Shown one piece after another: positions 25,031 to 38,299 of a DNA stretch of 64,000 nucleotides; within the stretch, counting starts at the first letter, position 1; each line of letters begins with the position of its first letter. This DNA comes from Hypanus sabinus (taxonomy: Eukaryota). The translations under genes were made by a program, and so were the position numbers. The notes beneath the pieces are model-generated. The model ran no database searches. It worked only from the letters and a program-made list of their open reading frames with translations, and had not been told where the DNA came from. The stretch spans positions 15,686,001 through 15,750,000 of the forward strand of contig NC_082730.1 in the NCBI RefSeq assembly GCF_030144855.1, written 5' to 3'.

Positions 25031-26984
25031 GAACACAATTGTACTTGTACTTCTTTCTACTTTGTGTAACTTTTATCATTTGTAGGGAGTTGACCTCTCT
25101 TGTCATTCAATTGTTAGCTTCATTAAGGTGAAAAAAATAATGTTACCATACTTCAAGACAGTGACTTTTTTTGTTTAGAATTCCACTTCCAACAGGTCAC
25201 CCCCAATGACCTCAACATTATGGCACCTTTTTGCAATGTTTTCATTTTATTGCCCCAGTAACAATTTTTTAACCCTATCATGGCTGAGAACTGCTTAAGA
25301 CTATTTTACTCTATTAAACTCTCTTTTATCCATTGAAATACCTGAGGGTGTTGTATGTTCCAAGAATGAATAAATAAGAATTTTAACTGATTATTTATAA
25401 AGTGTTAATAAGTGTTATCCTTTTGGTTTTAGTTGAGAATGAAACTTTTTACATGGTGACCAGATCGATACAGGTTCCTGGATTTTATTGATGGAGTCAG
25501 GACCATAAGACCATAAACATAGGTGCAGGAATAGGTCATTCAGACCATCAAGTTTGCTCTGCCATTCTATCATAGCTGATTTATTATTCTCCTATTCTCC
25601 TGCCTTCTCCCCATAACCTTTGATGCACTTGTGAATCAAGAACCTCTCAACTTCCACTTTAAATATACCCAATGTCTTGGCCTCCACAGCCACCTGTGGC
25701 AATGAATTTCAGATTCACTACCCTCTGGCTAAGGAATTTCCTCTTCATCTCTGCTCTAAAGGGTCATCCTTCTAATGTGAAACTGTGTCCTTTGCTCCTA
25801 GGCTCCTCAGCTATTGGAAACTATTGCATATTTTATAATTCAATTATATTTGACTTCTGTCAATGGGAAGGAGGTACCAGATCCTCAGGTCCCATGCCAA
25901 CAGGTTCAAGAACAGTGTAGCTATCAGGCTCCTGAATTAGGGGGTATAACTTCAGTCAATTTCAGTGTTGAGGTATCACAGAACACAACTTATGGACTCA
26001 CTTTCAAAGATTCTCCAGGTCATGTTCTCAGTATTATATATTTATTCATTATATTTGCACAGTTCGTCTTTCTCTGCAAATTGTTTGTTTCTCCATATTT
26101 GTGTGTGTTTGTCATCGATTCTGTTGTATTTCTTTGTTCTACTTTGAATGCCTGCAAGAAAATGAATCTCTGGGTAGCATATGGTGACATTAACGTACTT
26201 TGATAATAAACTTATCATGGTACTTTCTGAACTTTGATAAAGTGCATGATTGCTGACCTATCATAATGCACTTTGATGAAATGAAGTGAGAGGTTTCAAT
26301 GAGAAATACCTGCCCCACCCCCATTCTTCTAAACTCCAGTGAGTACAGGCCCAGAACCATCAAACACTCCAAACATTAACCCATTCATTCCTCTGATCAT
26401 TCTCATGAACCTCCTCTAGACCCTTTCCAAATACAGCACACCCTCCTATAGATAGGGGTTCCAAAACTGTTCACCATATTCCAAGTGCAGTCTGGCCAAT
26501 ACCTTATAAAGCCTCAATTCTTGGATAACTTGCCAGCAACTGACTGGAAAACATTTTATGATCCCACCATGGTATTTTCGGGCATGCACAGGATTGTGAT
26601 TAGATTTAAACACAATGGTTAAATGACCTTGTCACTTCCCCAAATTGTTCTTGTTGTTCAGTGATCTAGTTGCTGAAACAAAGTAGTTTTGCTGAAGATG
26701 TTTTGTTTCTCTGCTGATCAGCATATTGAACCATGTTTGTTGAGAAGTTTTCTAAGAAGTGATGGGACAATGCAGGAACAGACTAGAGCAATAGATCAAT
26801 GATTAGCATCTGTTGTTACTTCTTTATATTCTGTTTTGTAAGACAAGTTTTTTTAAAAAAACAGAAATTCTAGCCACATCCTTCACAGAGAGTGAACGTT
26901 ACACAGATGACAGCAGTGACTGATGCAATAGAGTCAGCACTCATGCTATACAATGTATCATTTACAAACAGAGGCAATGTGTAA

Positions 26985-27790
26985 TGAGGATGAAGGTGTT
27001 ATATTTGAATGCGCGCAGTATACGGAATAAGGTAGATGAACTTAAAGCTGAAAATGGGCAAGTATGATGTTGTAGGCATCACTGAATCATAGCTGGAAGA
27101 AGATTATAGTTGGGAGCTTAATGTCCAAGAACACACATTGTATCAAAAGGACAGGCTGGAAGGCAGAAGGGGTAGCATTGCTCTGTTGGCCAAAAATTAA
27201 ATCAAATGATTAGAAAGAGGTGACATGGTATCAGAAAATGTTGAATCATTATGGATAGAACTCAGGCACTGCAAGGGTAAAAAGGCCCTGATGGGAGTTG
27301 TTTACAGACACCCAACAGTAGGAAGAATGTGGTCTACGCATTACCATGAGAGAGAAAAAGTGCATGCCAAAGGGACAATGTTACAATAGTCATGGGGTGA
27401 TTTTCAATATGCCATTAGATTGGGAAAATGAGGTTGGTGCTGGATTCCAATAGGAGGCATTTCTCAAATGCCTAAGAGATTGCTTTTTGGAGGACCTTGT
27501 GGTTGAGCCCACTAGAGGATTAGCTATTCTGGAGTGGGTGTTGTCCAATGAACCAGAATTGATAGCAGAGCAGACTAAAATAACCCTTAGGAGCAAGTGA
27601 TCATAATATGATCCAATTCACCCTGAATTTTGATAAGGAGAATGTAAAGTCAGATGTATCAGTGTTACAGTGGAGTAAAGGGAATTAGAGAGGCATAAGA
27701 GGGGATTTTACCAGAACTGATTGGAAAAGAACACTGGTAGAGCAGACAGCAAAGCAGCAAAGGTTGGAATTTCTGGAAACAGGTCGGAAG
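26985..27790 (+). mobile_element. CR1 ORF2 endonuclease fragment
   Basis: LYLNARSIRNKVDEL...YDVVGITES...VMG-F, decayed. Confidence 0.8.
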
Positions 27791-27800
27791 GCACAGGATA

Positions 27801-28380
27801 CAGTGGTACTAGAAAGTTCGTGAACCCTGCAGAATTTTCTCTACTTCAACATAAATATGACCTAAAATGTGATCAAATCTTCAAAACTAGACAAACAGAA
27901 TGCAATTAAAGTAATATTACACAGACATTATAGTTGTTCATTTATTTATTTACTTATTGAGAAAAATGATCCAATATTACACATTTTTTGGGGAAAAAAA
28001 CATGATCCTCGTGTAATGCCTTCTATGAAAACAATTTGAAGCTAGGTGTTCCAATCATTGAGATGAGACAGGAGAGGTGGGTTGTAGAGGTGTCCTGTGT
28101 CATGGCCCAGATTGGGTTCCCTTTAAATTTATCTAGTTTGCGTCACGATCTGGACCGTTGACTCCTTGTTTCCCTTTAATGTTCACATACTTTTTCCAAC
28201 AAATACATGTAATATTGGATCATTTTTCTCAATAAATAAATGAACAAGTATGACATTTTTCTTTTATTTATTTAATTGGGTTCTCTATCTAGTTTTAGGA
28301 CTTAGTGAAGATCTAATCACATTTTAGATAATATTTATGAAGAAATAAGAGAGAATTCTACAAGATTCACAAACTTTCTT
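27801..28380. mobile_element. Internally deleted Tc1-like element with long terminal inverted repeats
   Basis: Starts TA|cagtggtactagaaagttcgtgaacc; 27935-27985 is the reverse complement of about 28200-28245; right end ttcacaaactttc. Confidence 0.7.
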
Positions 28381-28594
28381 TATAAACATCCCAAAGAGGA
28401 AGAAATATTCTGAAGGCAAGATGACAAAACTGTGGCTTTGTATTTTTTATATTTTGTGGGGGGTTTTTGTTCTCCATCAGATCCAGAGTAACAATGATTT
28501 TGTTCTCCTTTACACTTGTGTACAGGAAATGACATTATATAATCTTGTGTAAATTTGATTTTAGCTATCTATTTTTTGATAACTTCACCCTCAG

Positions 28595-28911
28595 CTTCAG
28601 GTGCTTAATAGGCAGAAGATAAAGTGAGGAGTTGTGGGAAGAGTGATCACAATCGATTGTCACTATGCACCAATGTACCGTTCACACAAAGTATTTGTGC
28701 TGCATGCGGGGTCACCAGTGCACATCATTAGTGAATACAAATGGGACAAATGAGCAGTATGGAAGAATGACAATCAGAGATAACACAACCCAGGGAATAT
28801 TTACTGTAATTATCGAGAACCTTGTCTCTAATGATACAGGAATTTACAGATGTGGAATTACAACATCTGATAATCATCCAGTGTTTGACGTGCATCTACA
28901 CATACCTGACA
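28595..28911 (+). pseudogene. Receptor copy 2: CD300/pIgR-type Ig V exon
   Basis: ASGA**AEDKVR/VVGRVITIDCHYAPMYRSH/KYLCCMRGHQCTSLVNTNG...GRMTIRDNTTQGIFTVIIENLVSNDTGIYRCGITT...VHLHIPD; gtaggt donor; 2 stops and 2 frameshifts. Confidence 0.88.
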
Positions 28912-29329
28912 GTAGGTTTCTCATTGATTGACTTGATGTTTCCACCAAAATGTCTGATTCATGTTTTGTCTGGGAAGTGTCAGGGCAGCAGGAATATACT
29001 GAGGCTCAGCAGAAGTGCAAGAACCCTGTGCTGAGAGGGCAGGGGTCAGGAAATCCTACTCATGTTGTCCATCCCACTGACTGGACACTGATTTCCAGCG
29101 GGAGGTTCAGCACATTTTCCTGACTCGGAACTGTATGAAATGTCACCCTGTCAGAGGTTTGCATTCATACTAAAGCCAATAATCCTACTATCACAGAGAA
29201 GTGCACATCAACCACACCCCAGGGATAGTTTCTTTCCTTTTCTCTCATTCCCATATGGAAAATACAGCAATGGAATTACAGAAGAAAATTGAACATGGAA
29301 CAGCCAGAACAGAATAAGGCCTTTCAGCC

Positions 29330-29800
29330 CATCATGATTCCATTGAACATGTTCCCTGGACTGAAAGGATTAATATGAGATACATTGGATGGTACTGAGC
29401 CTTTTCTCACTAGAAGAATGAGCTGGGATCTCATCGAAACCTACAGCATATTGAAAGGCTAGAGTATACATGGACATTATGTTTCCAGCAGTGGAGGAGT
29501 CTAAACTGGAATGAAAAAGACTCAGAACAGAAGGACATTCTCTTTAAACATAGCAGAGCAGAAATTTCTTTAGGCAGAGGGTGATGATTCTGTGGATTTC
29601 ATTGCCACAGAAGGCTGTGGAAGACAAGTTATTGGTATATTTAAAGTAGAGGTTGATAGGTTCTTGATTATTAAGGATATCAAAGGTTTCACAGAGAAGG
29701 CAGCAGAATGGGTTTGAGAGGGAAAATATATCTACATTATTGAGTGGCAGTGCAAACTCAATAGGCCAAATGGCCTAATTCTACTCCTATGTCTTATGAT
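29330..29800 (+). mobile_element. CR1 LINE 3' fragment
   Basis: Same 3' UTR tail as 1136-2136 (ggccaaatggcctaattctactcctatgtcttatg). Confidence 0.8.
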
Positions 29801-30291
29801 GTCAGTCTAAGCTAATTCCATCTGCCTACAATTGTCCATAATCATTCCAGTGCCTACCTTTTGTGGATTAGTCTAAATGGCTTTTAAATATTGCTGTTAT
29901 ATCTGCTCCACCTATTCACCTGATAGGCCGTCACCACGTTCATTGTAGCTAAGGAACTTGTCTCACAAATCTCCTTTAAATTGCCCACCTCTCACCATAA
30001 AACAATATTTGCATTGATTTTTTTCAAACACCACTGGAGACTGTCTCCTTGCTGCTGAGAGAGATGCTGATTTTCACACTAGCACATCACATCCTCAGTA
30101 TCATCACTGCTGTCCTGATCTGGATTCTCACTGTGTTTTGGGACGATGGCAGATGTGGTGGTTCAGGCATCTGGGAGGGTGCAGAGGCACATGGACTTAG
30201 AGGTGAGACAACCACCTGTAGGCTCTGGCTGAGATGCAGAGTTGCTGAAATCTTTATTGATTTTCTGATGTTCACTGATTCTTTTCCACAG

Positions 30292-30603
30292 AACCAGTAT
30301 CTGTTCCTGTGCTTCAATTTCTCTCTCCTTCCTGCAAATGTCTCGTGTGGTGGGGGCTCAGAGTCACTGTCCAAGAATCCCTTCCCAGTCAATACACCTG
30401 GTATGAAAACATCTCATCTGTGGATTCAAAGATCTCTGAAAACAGTAAACTAGATCTACATTGTCAATCCTTCAAACACCAACACCATCAATATTACTGC
30501 ACAGCCTCAAATACTCATGGAACAAAGTCTAGTGAAATAGTGAATGTCTCCATCTACAACTGAGGAGACAATTGCAGTCTTTTGATTCGATTTAGTGGCA
30601 CTG
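30292..30603 (+). pseudogene. Receptor copy 2: FcR/FcRL-type Ig C2 exon
   Basis: cttttccacag acceptor, gtaagt donor; PVSVPVLQFLSP...QYTWYENISSVDSKISENSKLDLHCQSF...YYCTASNTHGTKSSEIVNVSIYN*; compensating indels delete the B-strand Cys context; TGA at 30561. Confidence 0.85.
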
Positions 30604-33194
30604 GTAAGTGGTGGAGGCTGTGAATCATCAGGGTAATTGATGGAGTATAATATACTGTTTGCAAGATTCAAGATTGTATAATGTTTTTTCCAATATTCAA
30701 GTGTAAGGAGAAAAAAATAATTGTTACTCTGGATCTGATGCAGCACAAAAAAACACATTAAGATATAGATCACAATAATAAAGTAACACAATAAATATAA
30801 ATACATCAGACAGTTTATCTACATTGATTGCATGTTCATAAAGCACCACTAGGCACAATTGTGCTTGTAACTCAGGTGGCTGATATGAACTGATAAAGTC
30901 GTGGTGGTGGGTTTTGTGGAGGGGTGAGTTAGTGGAGTGGGAGTGCTAATCTATGTTCTTAAGGCTATATTCAAGCATTTATTGAATATTCTGTCTCCGC
31001 TGTGACAAATCTTGCAGAGAATGACATGTCATGTTCAGTAGTTGATTAGTGAGTCTTATACCAGAGAGTATCCTGTCTTGCTGAGTATGGTAACTTTGTA
31101 TCCAAATGGCTGATGTTTCTGGTCGCTGTCTGAGATTTCTCATCTTTGAAAAACAGCAAATGCCCAAACTCGCTGCTTTTGGATTTGTAAATGGTTTCCA
31201 GTGGTTTGTTTCATGGAGAATAGAGAGACCACAGGCTAAACCACATGCAGTTAGTGTAAGAACTCTGGAAGAATGGGCACTACTGGTTGGCTGGTCTCTG
31301 AAGACTACTCCATTATTCAATATAATCCTGGCTGATCTATACCAGGCCTTCTCTGCTATTCTGTGCCATTTTCACACAGTTTTCCATTCCCTGAACTATA
31401 TTTTAAAAAAATCTAGTTTTTTGTTCAAGTATCCCCACAGATACAGCCTCCACAACCTTCCAGGTGGAGAACTCCAAGGATTGTGAAGAAGTTCCTGTGC
31501 ATCTAATTTTAAATTACTCAATTCTAATCTTGTTACTATGCCTTGTCATTTGAGATGCTCTAACAATTGCAATTGGTTTGCTCACAGAAGTCAAATGGTG
31601 GTAGTAGGTAATGTATTCTGCCAGGATGTGGTGACCACTGGTATTGCACAATTATCTCATGACTCTTGATCTCAATCCTCTGATAAATGAAGGCCTGTTC
31701 TGGAATCTCTGTCCTTTGTGATTTTAGTAAAGGAGTTGTCAGAAGAAGTGGAAGGATTGCTTAACATGTTTTCAGAGTACACAGATGTTGGCGGTGCAAT
31801 GGAGAGTGTAGAACTTTGTCATAGGTTGCAATGGGACATTGACAGGATGCAGAGCTGGGCTGAGAAGTAGCGGATAGAGTTCTCGCTGGAAAAGTATAAA
31901 GCAATGCATTTTGGAAGATGAAATTTGAAGGCAGAGTACAATGTTATTGACAAGAGATTGGGATCCAAACCCAAATATCCTTCAAAGGTAACATGCAAGT
32001 TGATAGAATGGTGAAGAAGGTGAATGTTGTGTTGGCTTTCATTAATCAGAGTCTTGAAGTCAAGAGCCATGAGGTAATGTTACAGCTCTATAAAACTCTG
32101 GTTAGTCCACACTTGGACAATAGTGTTCATTTCCTGTCAACTCTTTACAGGACGGATGTGGAGCTTTAGGTGTTGTGGAGATTTACCTGATGCTGCCTAA
32201 CATAACAGGTATACTTAAGGGACTCTTAGATTGGCACATGGATGGTTATGTGTGGTGTAGGGGGAAGGATTAAGTTGATTGTGGAGTAGGTTTAAGGCTG
32301 GCATAACATCATCGGCCAAAGGGACATGGTGTGTTGTATTGTTCTATGTTATATACAAAAGGGTCCTGAAGGACAGATTTATTACACTGAAAGTGGGGGA
32401 GGGGGTTAATCTGGAACAAAATACTGCATGAATTGGTAGAGATGGATAACATAAAAAGATTTTAAAACATTTCTGGAAAAGGGATGTGGGCTAAATGCAG
32501 GCAAGTGTGACCAAATCAGTTAAACACACTTGTCAGTGTGACTGAGTTGAGCTGAAGGGCCTTTTCCCATACTGTATAACTCTGATGTTTAATGATGTTT
32601 GTCTAACCAATATTAGAACAGGAACAGAAGTGATTCTGTAGATGGTGAACAACAAGAGCAACAAGATGGGGGGGGGGGGGTCATAGCTTTGCTGCTGCTT
32701 ATGCGTGAGGGGGGAGCTGTGGGGGGGGCTTTGGGGTTCTAACATTTAACTGTCAATCATTTTTTGGGGGCACTCTGTTTTCGTGGATGGTTGTGAAGAG
32801 AATAAATTTCAGGATGTATATTGCATACAATTCTCTGACATTAAATGTACCTTTGAAACACACAAAATGCTGGAGAAACTCAGCAGGTCAGGCAGCATCT
32901 ATGGAAAGGAATAAACTGTAAACATTTCAGGCCAAGATCCTTCATCAGAAAGGGTCTCACCCTGAAACTTCAACATTATCAACAATTGTACTTGGCCCAA
33001 TATGTCCACATACATTCAGTGTTCATCCCTCTGGTGAGTGTTGTGACCCCAAAAGCAGATCTCCTAGAGCTGGCCTTCATGTAACCAATCAGCCCTTTAC
33101 TCAAAGAATGAGTTTCCGCATGTTACTCATGTACTCTTGCTTGACAGCACTTTGAAAACATATGAGACTGAATTTTCTTTCCTTGCCTCAACAG

Positions 33195-33240
33195 GTTGTG
33201 GATATTCATATGAAAATATTCCAGTAGAACCAAATGTGAG
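33195..33240 (+). pseudogene. Receptor copy 2: 46-nt stalk exon
   Basis: ttccttgcctcaacag acceptor, gtaaat donor; GCGYSYENIPVEPNV. Confidence 0.7.
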
Positions 33241-35258
33241 GTAAATCACTTGATCCAGTTCTGCTTAAAGGTACAATGTTCTCATTACTGATGCTATGAT
33301 TGGTCCTGCTCCTGTATGAGGGATAATTAAGGGGAAATTACAATTTTATTTCTTTGTACTGAATGCCTTTGAGAATATTGTTCACAGTTCTATAACCAGT
33401 AGTAGAACCAATGCTCTCTTACATGTTTTAAACCTGAGACTCCAAGATAAATCAACCTCTCTGAATATTCTGTACTGACTTAGACATGAAAATTAATATT
33501 GGTATTTAATTTGGAAGTAGATTATTGGCATGGATAATATATAAACAAAAGGGATAACTTCACTCAACTTCACTTGTCTCATCATTGAAATGTTCCCACA
33601 ACCAATGGACTCACTTTAAGGATTCTTCATCTCATGCCCTCGGTATTTTTTGTTTCTTTATTTATTATTTCTCTTTCTTCTTTTTCCTTTTGCATAGTTT
33701 GTTGTCTTCTGCACTCTGGTTGAATGCTCTAGTTGGGTGGTCTTCATTGAATCTATTGTGATTATTATTCAATAGATTTATTGAGTATGTCCACAAGAAA
33801 ATGAACCCCAGGGTTGAATATGGTGACATATATGTACTTTAATAATAAATCTTCTTTAAGCTTCAGGTTTCACATCATGCTGTTGTATAATAGAATCACA
33901 TGATCCCAGAATCGTACAACACAGAGAAAGCCCATGAGGCTTTCCACTGGGCATCCACTACAGTACTGTGCAGAAGTCTTGGGCACGCTAGGTGTTTTAT
34001 ATGGTCTCATGTGGTATGGTCTCCATAGAGCCCTGATCTCAACATTATCGAGGCCGTCTTGGAAAGATAGAAGCAACTGAAACAGCCAGATTCTGCAGAA
34101 GAGCTGTGGCAAGTTCTCCAAGTAGATTGGAACAACCTACCAGCTAATTTTCTCACAGAACTGCACAATAGTGTACCTAAAGAATTGATTAACTTTTAAA
34201 GGCAGAAAGTAGTCACACCCAAATATCAATTTGATTTAGCTTTTTACTGTTTACTTCTCTTTGATAGTTAGCTTTTCATATCATTATTTTTGAAAGCATC
34301 TTTACTTTACAGAATTATTTTACACTTCCCTAAGACTTTTGCACAGCACTGTATATGAATATTATCTTCCAGAACATGTGTCGAAGCCTTCTATGGAGAG
34401 GTGACATAAGATCTCACTCAGACACTTCACAAATACGGACTGTGACTCAGGTACATGGTTCCCTGAAAGTGGAGTCTGGGGTAGACAGGGTAGTGAAGAA
34501 GGCTTTTGGCATCAGTCAAAGTAGAGCAATTGGAAGATGATGTTGCAATGGTTCAAGACAATTGATGAAATGATACTTGGAGAATTATGTTCAGTTTTGA
34601 TTCTCTGCTGAAGAAGAAATGTCATTGAGCTGGATGAATTGAAGAAAAGAATTCAAATTTCAAAGTCCATTTATTATGAAGGTATATGTATGTCACCATT
34701 TACAACCCTGGGATACACTTACATGTGGGCAGACTCAGTAAAAACAATAACCATAAGAGAATCAACAAACAACCGCAATGAAAGATGTTGCCATTGCCTT
34801 GAAAGTATTTGATATTATTCCTAAATGGTTCCATTTTTTTTTATCATCCTAATTACATTTTGTGGTCATTTCATTGCCCTGATTGATTTACCCTATTGTT
34901 TCCCCAATTTACAAAGTCACTTATTGGCATTTCACACATTCTGTTGTGAGTGAGTCCTATAAAAAAATTTTAATGTAATTTCCCTATATCTACAGTTGTC
35001 CAGAGAATAATGATATTTTTGTGATCAGATTTTTGATGATATTTCGGTATCATGGAGGCACTTCATTCTCTATCATTCCTAAACCGATTTTTCACTTTGC
35101 AGTTTCTAATTCAAAGATCTAATTTGTTTGTGACCAAGTCCCAGTGATCAGGTCTGTATCTGATGATCACCAGTTGCCCCCCATACCCTCAGTAAATGTT
35201 AGTTAACTCCTCTAGATGAACTGCTGCTCTAGCTCTGGTTATTTGCCTTGCTCCACTC

Positions 35259-35915
35259 TGTCCAGCGGCAGGCATGGCTTATTCTGATTGTTGGAAGTCG
35301 CTTCCTTTGTGATTGGTTAGCTTAGAAAGAAGCTTATTAGTTATTACACTCTGGGGTGGGGCTGCTGGCCTTTTGGGGCACAGGGAAGCTGGTGGACAAC
35401 TGTAGTGTACTGGGGGATGATATTGTATTGTACTGTGTTTTGTATGTAACTTAGCAGAGAATTCACAAAGGTCATCCTTATCGTCACAAGGGTTGGATCA
35501 CATGGTGTTGTAACTTTCAAGGGGTGGTGTGCCCTGTGGAGGGGCTTATTCTGATTGTCAAAAGCTGCTTCCATCCTGATTAGTTAGTTTAGAAACTGCA
35601 GATGGTTTTCCCATTGGTAAACGGCCTGGTGTCCAGTGTCAAATATCCTGGGTATAAAAGAGCACATGGAAGAGGCTGGCTCTTTCTTCCTTTGTTTAAG
35701 GCAAGTGGTGCACATAACCATCGGGCAGGTATGCTTTGCATGTGCTTTTAGCTAAGTGTGTTTGTAGATTCAACTTTGTAGTTTCTGTAACTTGGGAACA
35801 TGAATATTTGGTAGAATTTTTATTGTTTGTAAAAAAAAAAATGATTAACATATTTATTTACAGCCAGTGTTTTCTGTCTCACTTGCCAGACCCATAAACC
35901 TGATTCAACGTTACA
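35259..35915. mobile_element. Solo LTR (657 bp)
   Basis: TG...CA ends; 5-bp TSD cactc at 35254-35258 and 35916-35920; internal tataaaa near 35654; absent from the paralogous site near 23990. Confidence 0.9.
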
Positions 35916-36006
35916 CACTCCACAAAGGAGACAGGAGGTAAATATTTCAAACACAAAGCCATCTCGTTTCACCTCATCAATTTTGTATCTCTTCGTCTTT
36001 GCTCAG

Positions 36007-36164
36007 TTTCAAGGTATGAAAAGTGGGTCATTGGCTACTCTTCACTCTCCTAAATGATCTGCATGAGTTCAGTGATGTTGTTCACAAGAGAAACTAACGT
36101 AGGCTTATGGACATCAGTGGAATTTGCTTTCAAATATTCTTTTCATTTGAGGAAAGACAGTTAA
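36007..36164 (+). pseudogene. Receptor copy 2: transmembrane and short tail exon
   Basis: FKV*KVGHWLLFTLL/MICMSSVMLFTRETNVGLWTSVEFAFKYSFHLRKDS*; alignable to 24087-24243. Confidence 0.78.
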
Positions 36165-38299
36165 ACACATTTAACTTTTCTTATCCAATGGTCAATCCAA
36201 AGATATTTGCAGATAATATTGACAAGATGTTGACACACTGTAAATGTGCAGAATGCTTGATGTGAATATATTGAAGTCCAAGCTCCAATAACAACTCTAA
36301 AGCAGAGCTCCCAGTGTCAATGGATCTAATGATTTGATCATTGCCTTTTACAGAAACCTGATGAATCAGACCCTCAAAGATTGATCTATAAGGTAAAGTG
36401 AAGGCTTCTGGATCACACAGATTGTGCTGGAATTTTACACAAAGATCAAATATTCATTCTTCTTCCCACTTTGTGCAGCTTTCTCATTTGTGGAGAATTA
36501 ACCTCTGTTGTCATTCAATTGTTAACTTCATGAAGGTGAAAAAACGTTACCATACTTCAAGACAGTAACTTTTGTTTTATCATTCCATTTCCAACATGTC
36601 ACTTACCTTGGTCTCAATCGCATGGCACCTTTTCACAATGTTTTCTTTTCATTGCACAAGCACCAATTTTTAAGCCTACCATGGCTGTGAACTGCTTAAG
36701 ACCATTTTACTCTATTAAATGCTGTTCTATGGATTCAAATGCCTGAGGTGGTGGTTGTTGCATGTTTCAATAACTAATAAATCAATTAAAATTCTTCTTT
36801 TTAAACTCTAGTTGTAACTTTTATAAGATATTAGTTGAATTAATGCAAGACCAAAATCATAGTTTTACTTGTAGGTTCTTTTTAACTGACATAATTTATA
36901 TTTTCAACAACTTGTATCTTTAACAAACTCTTGTTTCATGGTATGTGGTGATTCATCCCCACTTGCTGGCAGAAAGTGATATTGCAGTTACTTATTGGTT
37001 TATTACACCTTTTCATTTTTTAATTAGCTAAATGTTAGCACATAATACGTTATAATTGTGTAGCATTTTAACTCATTTGTCTTTATCTAAGGAATTTTTG
37101 TTATCTGGATTATAAAGATTTTTCAAAACTGCAATACTGAAGCTATGGAATATCTTTAATTTCACGCCTCTCATCTGCTTGGTATCACTGTTACTTTGTC
37201 TGCTTAGTTATGTATAGAACGGGTGAACCCAAATGCAGGACACTGGCTCGGAGATAGAGTCAGGATTCAGACAAGGGTGCGAACATGGCTGGAGCTGAAC
37301 GGCAAACAGGAGGATGAACAGAAAGGCAGGCGGCAGGCAATGCTTCTCTTGACTTGGAGAGACAGAGTTAACATAGGCAAACCTCAGTACTGCAACAAAA
37401 CTTAGAATGCACAATCCTAAACAGCCGGGAATCTGAATTACCACACTTTCTGAAAAAAACAATCTGGCAATGAGTGGACACAAAGCCGGGGTATTTATGC
37501 TGCAGGTTTGGATGAGAATCAGGTGTGTCACAATCAAGGAGCCCAGGAGGATACAGGGAAAAGGGAATGAGGAGAATATGAGGAATCAATGGTCAGGACC
37601 ATGACAATACCAGCCCCCACCACTCAACAGGAGCCACCAGGTGAACCACCAGGCTTGTCGCAATGGAAGTAATGGATGAGGGATGAGTCTAAGATGAAGG
37701 ACTTCCAGACCTTGCGGCTCCAGCAGAGATGGTCCTGAACTGAAGGCACAGCAATGTCATCTTCATGGGCAGGAAACAGAGGGGGTTGATAGCCTAGGGG
37801 ACATACCAGTGGTGGCGCTGGTCAGGGAGTTGTGGACATTCTCAATCCAAGTGAGGTGCGTGCTCCAGGATGACAGGTTACTGGTGGAAATGCAGCGCAG
37901 TGCTGCTTCCAAGCCCTGATTGGCTCACTCCATCTGACTGTTAGTCTGTGGATGGAAACTAAAAGACAGACTTGCTGAAGCTTCGGGGCTTGACAGAAGG
38001 AGTTCCAGACTTGGGAGATAACTTGGGGGCCCCGGTCAGAAATTATGTCAGAGGGAATTCCATGAAGGCAGAAGATGTGTTGGACAACAAGTGTTTCACA
38101 GACTGCAGGGAGTTTGGGAAGGGCTATGAAGTGCACGGCTTTGGAAAAACAGTCCACCACGGTGAGTATAGCCATGTGAAGGGGGTAGTCCGGTGACGAA
38201 ATTGAGAGCTACGTGGGACCAAGGGCGGCCAGGGACAGGTAGGGGACAAAACAGACCAGCAGGTGGCCAGTGGAAGGCTTTTCCATGGGCACACACAGT

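Noticed and set aside
27935-28245. Inverted repeat suggesting a structured RNA
   Set aside because: Explained by the long TIRs of an internally deleted Tc1-like element.
28420-28462. MTKLWLCIFIFCG as a leader exon for copy 2
   Set aside because: No good donor site, and the hydrophobic codons come from the T-rich tail of a common repeat that continues to about 28550.
30049-30453. 134-aa plus ORF with a hydrophobic N-terminus
   Set aside because: Runs through intron sequence and crosses the C2 exon mostly out of frame; no coherent domain.
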